This document shows, piece by piece, positions 60,036-64,000 of a DNA stretch of 64,000 nucleotides (its first letter is position 1; each line of letters opens with the position of its first letter). The stretch is from Psammoneis japonica (lineage: Eukaryota), in assembly GCA_008632985.1 (NCBI GenBank), contig QPGO01000090.1:124001-188000 (forward strand). The letters are read 5' to 3'. The position numbers were made by a program, and so were the translations under genes. The notes under the pieces were generated by a model. It made no database searches and was not told the DNA's origin. It saw nothing but the letters and a program-made list of their open reading frames with translations.

Positions 60036-60814
60036 CAAGTAAAAAACCGGTCTGTCCTCTTCCGACCGGTCTGTCCTCTTGCAAGAGCAAACTTTGTAAA
60101 GCAACTCTAAGAGTGACTTCCCATTGTTTGCCATACAAACCCAATCTATAAGCATTAGTTAGAACGTCAATAGAGATCTTGGAGAAAACAGCGGGATAAA
60201 AGAATATTGTATCATAGCGTAATCGCGGGCTAAAAACGGCACATCGCCATTTTGTAAAAAAATCCACAGTCTGAGAATTTACAGAGATTTTCGTTCATTA
60301 AATATCTACATATTTTAATATTTTTTAATATCGTATCGCGTTTTGTTGATTTCTCCACCAACGACATGAAGTTGCACCGTGTCATGATGGCCAGTGACAA
60401 AAACCTGCATGCCGGTACGCAGTGCCAGTGACAAAGTAAAACAACAATCAATGAGAGCTTATGGGCCCATATTACTCGAAACGAGTGTGTACTATGGACT
60501 TGCCATGCTGCCGTTGCAAGAGATGATGGCCACGAGCGAGCAAAAAAAAAACTCTGTAAATTTCTCGGTACATTTCCACGTAGAATTCTACTGACGACCG
60601 GTCTGTCCTCTTGGAGTGAAAAAAGGCCCCTCTTGCGACACTAGTTATGGCGTTCAGAACCGTGATTCTGGTGAAGTTAGCCATGGGAACATGTCAATCG
60701 ACAATGTTAGAAGACGTAAGAAGCATTGTAAAGTGAAAAACCCATCGATTTTGGAAACAAAATCGACTTTTACAAAGATACCAAAAAGTAGAGGACAGAC
60801 CGGTTTTTTACTTG
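60036..60814. mobile_element. MITE, 779 bp, Tc1/mariner-type
   Basis: TA|CAAGTAAAAAACCGGTCTGTCCTCT at 60034-60060 and its exact reverse complement at 60790-60816. Internal copies of CGACCGGTCTGTCCTCTT at ~60063 and ~60595. Confidence 0.88.
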
Positions 60815-61089
60815 TAGCCAGCTATCTGCGGCGCGGGCTGGTGGCGCCTTTTTAGGGAAAAAACGCGTGGAACCATGCGTAGACGTTTTTTCCTGCAACT
60901 CCCTGCTTTCCGTACGTACAGTACAATAGGAACAGAAAAGAACACCGAAGCAAGGATATTGCATCGGCATGTGAAACATGTTGAATGTTACACATTATTG
61001 TGTTATTGTTGTCACATTTTACTCTTTCATTCTGAATTCACACGAAGCAAGCGTCTTTGAGAAGAAGCAACCATACTGCAAAGTCAACC

Positions 61090-62441
61090 ATGAAGATTAC
61101 ATTCATCACTGTGGGCAGTCGTGGTGATGTAGAGCCCTTTTGCGCCGCAGCAGATGCCTTTATATCGTCGGGCCACGACGTGAACTTTTTTGTTCAGCCC
61201 GATTACAAGCACCTCGTTCCAACAGAATGTACGGCCGTGCACGAGCTACCCTTTGTGTCGAACGACTTTTACAAGTACGTTGGAAATCCATCTCATGGTG
61301 CCAATCACCCGAATCCTAGAGTCACATTTATGGCGTCGTGACGGATGTGATTGGTGAATTGGTCTTGCCCTGCTGGAAGGATCTGATGCAAGTAGAAAGC
61401 GAATTATCATTTCTTCCTCACTAGCTCGGTCGCTCGCATTTGCGGTAGCAACCAAGAAATCCATACCGGTGGGCGTTATTCATCTTCAACCATTAGCTCC
61501 AACAAGCTTGTTTCCGCACTCGAGCAACACGGACGATTGTGTGAAAACTTTAATCTCCTTCGCGAATGGGCATCGGCGGAAGAAGCAGAAGCAGAGAAAA
61601 ACCTGAACAGCTACATTGAGCTGGAGAAGTACCAGTACGATTTTCTCCGAGATCGCCTAGAGCCAGTCTATAAAGATCTTGGATTAGAACTTATTAGCTT
61701 TGAGAGACAAAGCAAAAGCTAATGGGACACGATTCAAATACCTTGATTCTCAACTCGTTCTTGAACGACTTGATCCCACCTCTGCCGGATGTTGGTCCTA
61801 ACGTGTACGAGATTGGCGCCTTGGCAGACTCGTACATTCCAAAGGATTGGAAGCCACCTACCGACTTGGTGGACTATCTAGAAAATACAAAGTGCAAAGG
61901 AGTGCTTCCCGTATGCATTGGATATGGATCCATGCCCTTTGACAAGGTCCAACACGTGGTAGATGCTCTCAAGGAAACGGATTCGTACGCGGTCGTCGTA
62001 GGCGACGCTTTTCAGTCTGTCGTTGAGAATGAAGACGAATGGGTGCAGGAACACGTATTTATGACTTCAAGTGCACCATATGCGTGGTTACTGCCATGGT
62101 GCAGCATGATGCTGTGTCACGGCGGAGCAGGCGTTGTCATGGCTGCTCTCAAGGCTGGTGTCCCACCCGTGATTAGTCCATTCATGGGTGACCAGTTCTT
62201 TTACGCCAAGCTGCTAGACGCAAAGGGCCTTGGTGCTCAAGCTGGATCCAATCTTGCGTCCGTCGGTACCAGCGACCTTGTAAAAGGCATCGAGCACGCC
62301 CGCGAATGCTACGACAGCTGCCAATCACTAAAGGAAAGTTTGAAAGACTCACCAAGTGGTCCTCACCGGCTACAAGGAGTTATTCAAACTACATGGAAGC
62401 AAATCATGAGTAAGGTAAATAGATTTCAACGCTTATTCTAG
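61090..62441 (+). CDS. Sterol 3-beta-glucosyltransferase-like GT1 enzyme (frameshifted in this assembly)
   Basis: MKITFITVGSRGDVEPF; PVCIGYGSMP; APYAWLLP...CHGGAG...AGVP..ISPFMGDQFFYA. Several frame changes between 61330 and 61720. Confidence 0.85.
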
Positions 62442-62497
62442 ATGCTCCTGTCTGGTATTGTGTTGCCCATTCCCATTTACTGCAGTAACTGACATGT

Positions 62498-64000
62498 TCA
62501 CTTCATTCTCTTACGGAACTGGTTCAGGTACTCGCGAACACTAGCCAGAATGCTAACCACAAAAAAGATGTAAAGGACGTGTAAATGCAATCCAAGCGCC
62601 TCTTGAACCTTTCCACCAAGGCTTGATTGACAACCTCAGGTGCCTCCTTCAAATCTGATAAATTGAAACTGATGCGATTGCGCTCAAGCTGCTCAAAAAA
62701 GAAATGATTACAAAGTGTAAGATAAGGCTCAGTGTTGGTGAGTCATCCCCCCAACTCGGCATGGTAACGACTTACGATACGAGTAATCCTGGAATCGGAA
62801 AGGATAGGCCGAGCCATGTGGGCACATTCCGAGCTAGTCATGCCACGGGGAATGGCCAAGGTGACCTGACTCGACGCCTTGCAGAGCTCCGAAACTGGAA
62901 GAGACTTGTTTGGCTCCTCCCCATTGATATCACAGATACCCGTGTAGAGGGTTTGCAAGACACTGCTGTCGGTCACCTTTGTGATTGCCTTGAGCAAAAT
63001 GTCGCCGACGACGTCATTCTTTGCATCTGTTTTGACCAGAGACAGCTCGAAACGTAGAGACGATGGATTCACAAAGAGCACAGCAATCGAGCATGCGTTG
63101 CCGCATGTGTTGCCGAGGCTTCGCATCCTAGTCGTCGCTTCGTCGACATTCGTAGTCTCAACAGAATGAACTTGAATTCCATTGGACTTAAGCTGCGCGG
63201 TAAGAGAGCAGAAACATGTGAGAAACTGAGACGCATGGAAAAGGCCTACCTGCTGTACATTGCTCAGTGAGTCTATGAGACTGTGGACTCACCATACGCG
63301 CCACCTTGATATTGGACAGGATATTCCGTGCCATCCTTGCGCACTCGCCGCCCGTCATGTCTAGCGGCATGGCCAACACGACTTGACTTGCAGTCTGCAA
63401 GAGCTCTGGAGTGAGCGGGGCGTCCCCCAGTTCTTCGCCATTAACATCACAGAGACCTGCGTAATGAACTGCCGACATGTTGCAGTCTTTTGCCGTCTCG
63501 ATTGCACGTGATAAGACAGTATGGGCCGTCATTGTCTCGGGGACAAGCTTTATCAAGGAAACCTCAAATTGACGAAGGACGGGATTCATTAAAAGAACAG
63601 CAACTGATACCTTTTCCTTCGCATGGGTTGCATTGATGACCTCGGGCCTAATCGTAGCAGCGATCCCGATTGAATCCTGCTCGCAATCCGAAACCAAGTC
63701 TTGGAACCCGCGTGGCTCCGGCGCCTTTTCACGTTCGTGGGTAGTAGCAGGGTCGTCCGACTCTTCTGTTTTTCCATCTTTCGCCTCCATATCGCGCTGA
63801 AAATAATCGATTTCCTCGGTATCCATAGTCAGGTGACTCATTGGTTGCTCAAGAACATCGATGGACTCCTTGGACTCCGGTGCATCCAATTCCACCAAAT
63901 GTGTATCGGGAGAAGTGACCGCTTCGTCTTGTGGCGTGTCATCGACCAGTTCGAACGGTGTGGGGGCTGTGGCAGATGCAGCTGTATTGTTTCTTTCGCT
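62498..64000 (-). CDS. 5'-truncated hypothetical protein with at least two copies of a ~95-aa domain and a C-terminal hydrophobic segment
   Basis: Repeat AVL..NP..R.FE.SL.K...Y.G.CD.NGEE...LA.P..M...ECA.MAR.ILS. Introns 63292-63193 and 62775-62689 join in frame. Confidence 0.75.

Noticed and set aside
20277..62441. Programmed frameshifting or mass pseudogenisation of host genes (sulfotransferase-like, NCBP3, EXO1, LRAT, SIR2, glucosyltransferase)
   Set aside because: Scattered single-base indels in otherwise conserved genes are more simply explained by unpolished long-read errors. This needs checking against short reads.

Overview
Gene-dense eukaryotic DNA, most likely from a diatom. This is inferred from short GT-AG introns, DUF6824 and helicase-associated-domain proteins, and bipartite plastid-targeting N-termini. 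About 20 host genes are present, including RPL21, EXO1, an NB-ARC-TPR STAND protein, a GRAM-VASt sterol transporter, a bacterial-type SIR2_2 protein and a sterol glucosyltransferase. Transposons are interleaved: a 4.3-kb Mutator/MULE with perfect 83-bp TIRs, a 9-bp TSD and an internal 189-bp tandem array; a two-gene PIF/Harbinger element; and two TA-flanked MITEs. The strongest signal is four sharply bounded islands (~1-2570, ~16090-20050, ~45520-48190, ~54550-59720) almost stripped of the dinucleotide TpA. In the Harbinger transposase, conserved Tyr codons have become His or Cys, which implies a repeat-targeted TpA->CpA/TpG hypermutation process opposite in direction to fungal RIP. Apparently younger neighbouring transposons are unaffected. 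A broken R-S-E ADP-ribosyltransferase missed by the ORF track lies tail-to-tail with the NLR-like gene. Many host genes carry single-base frameshifts, probably assembly errors, so pseudogene calls are tentative. All counts were made by eye.
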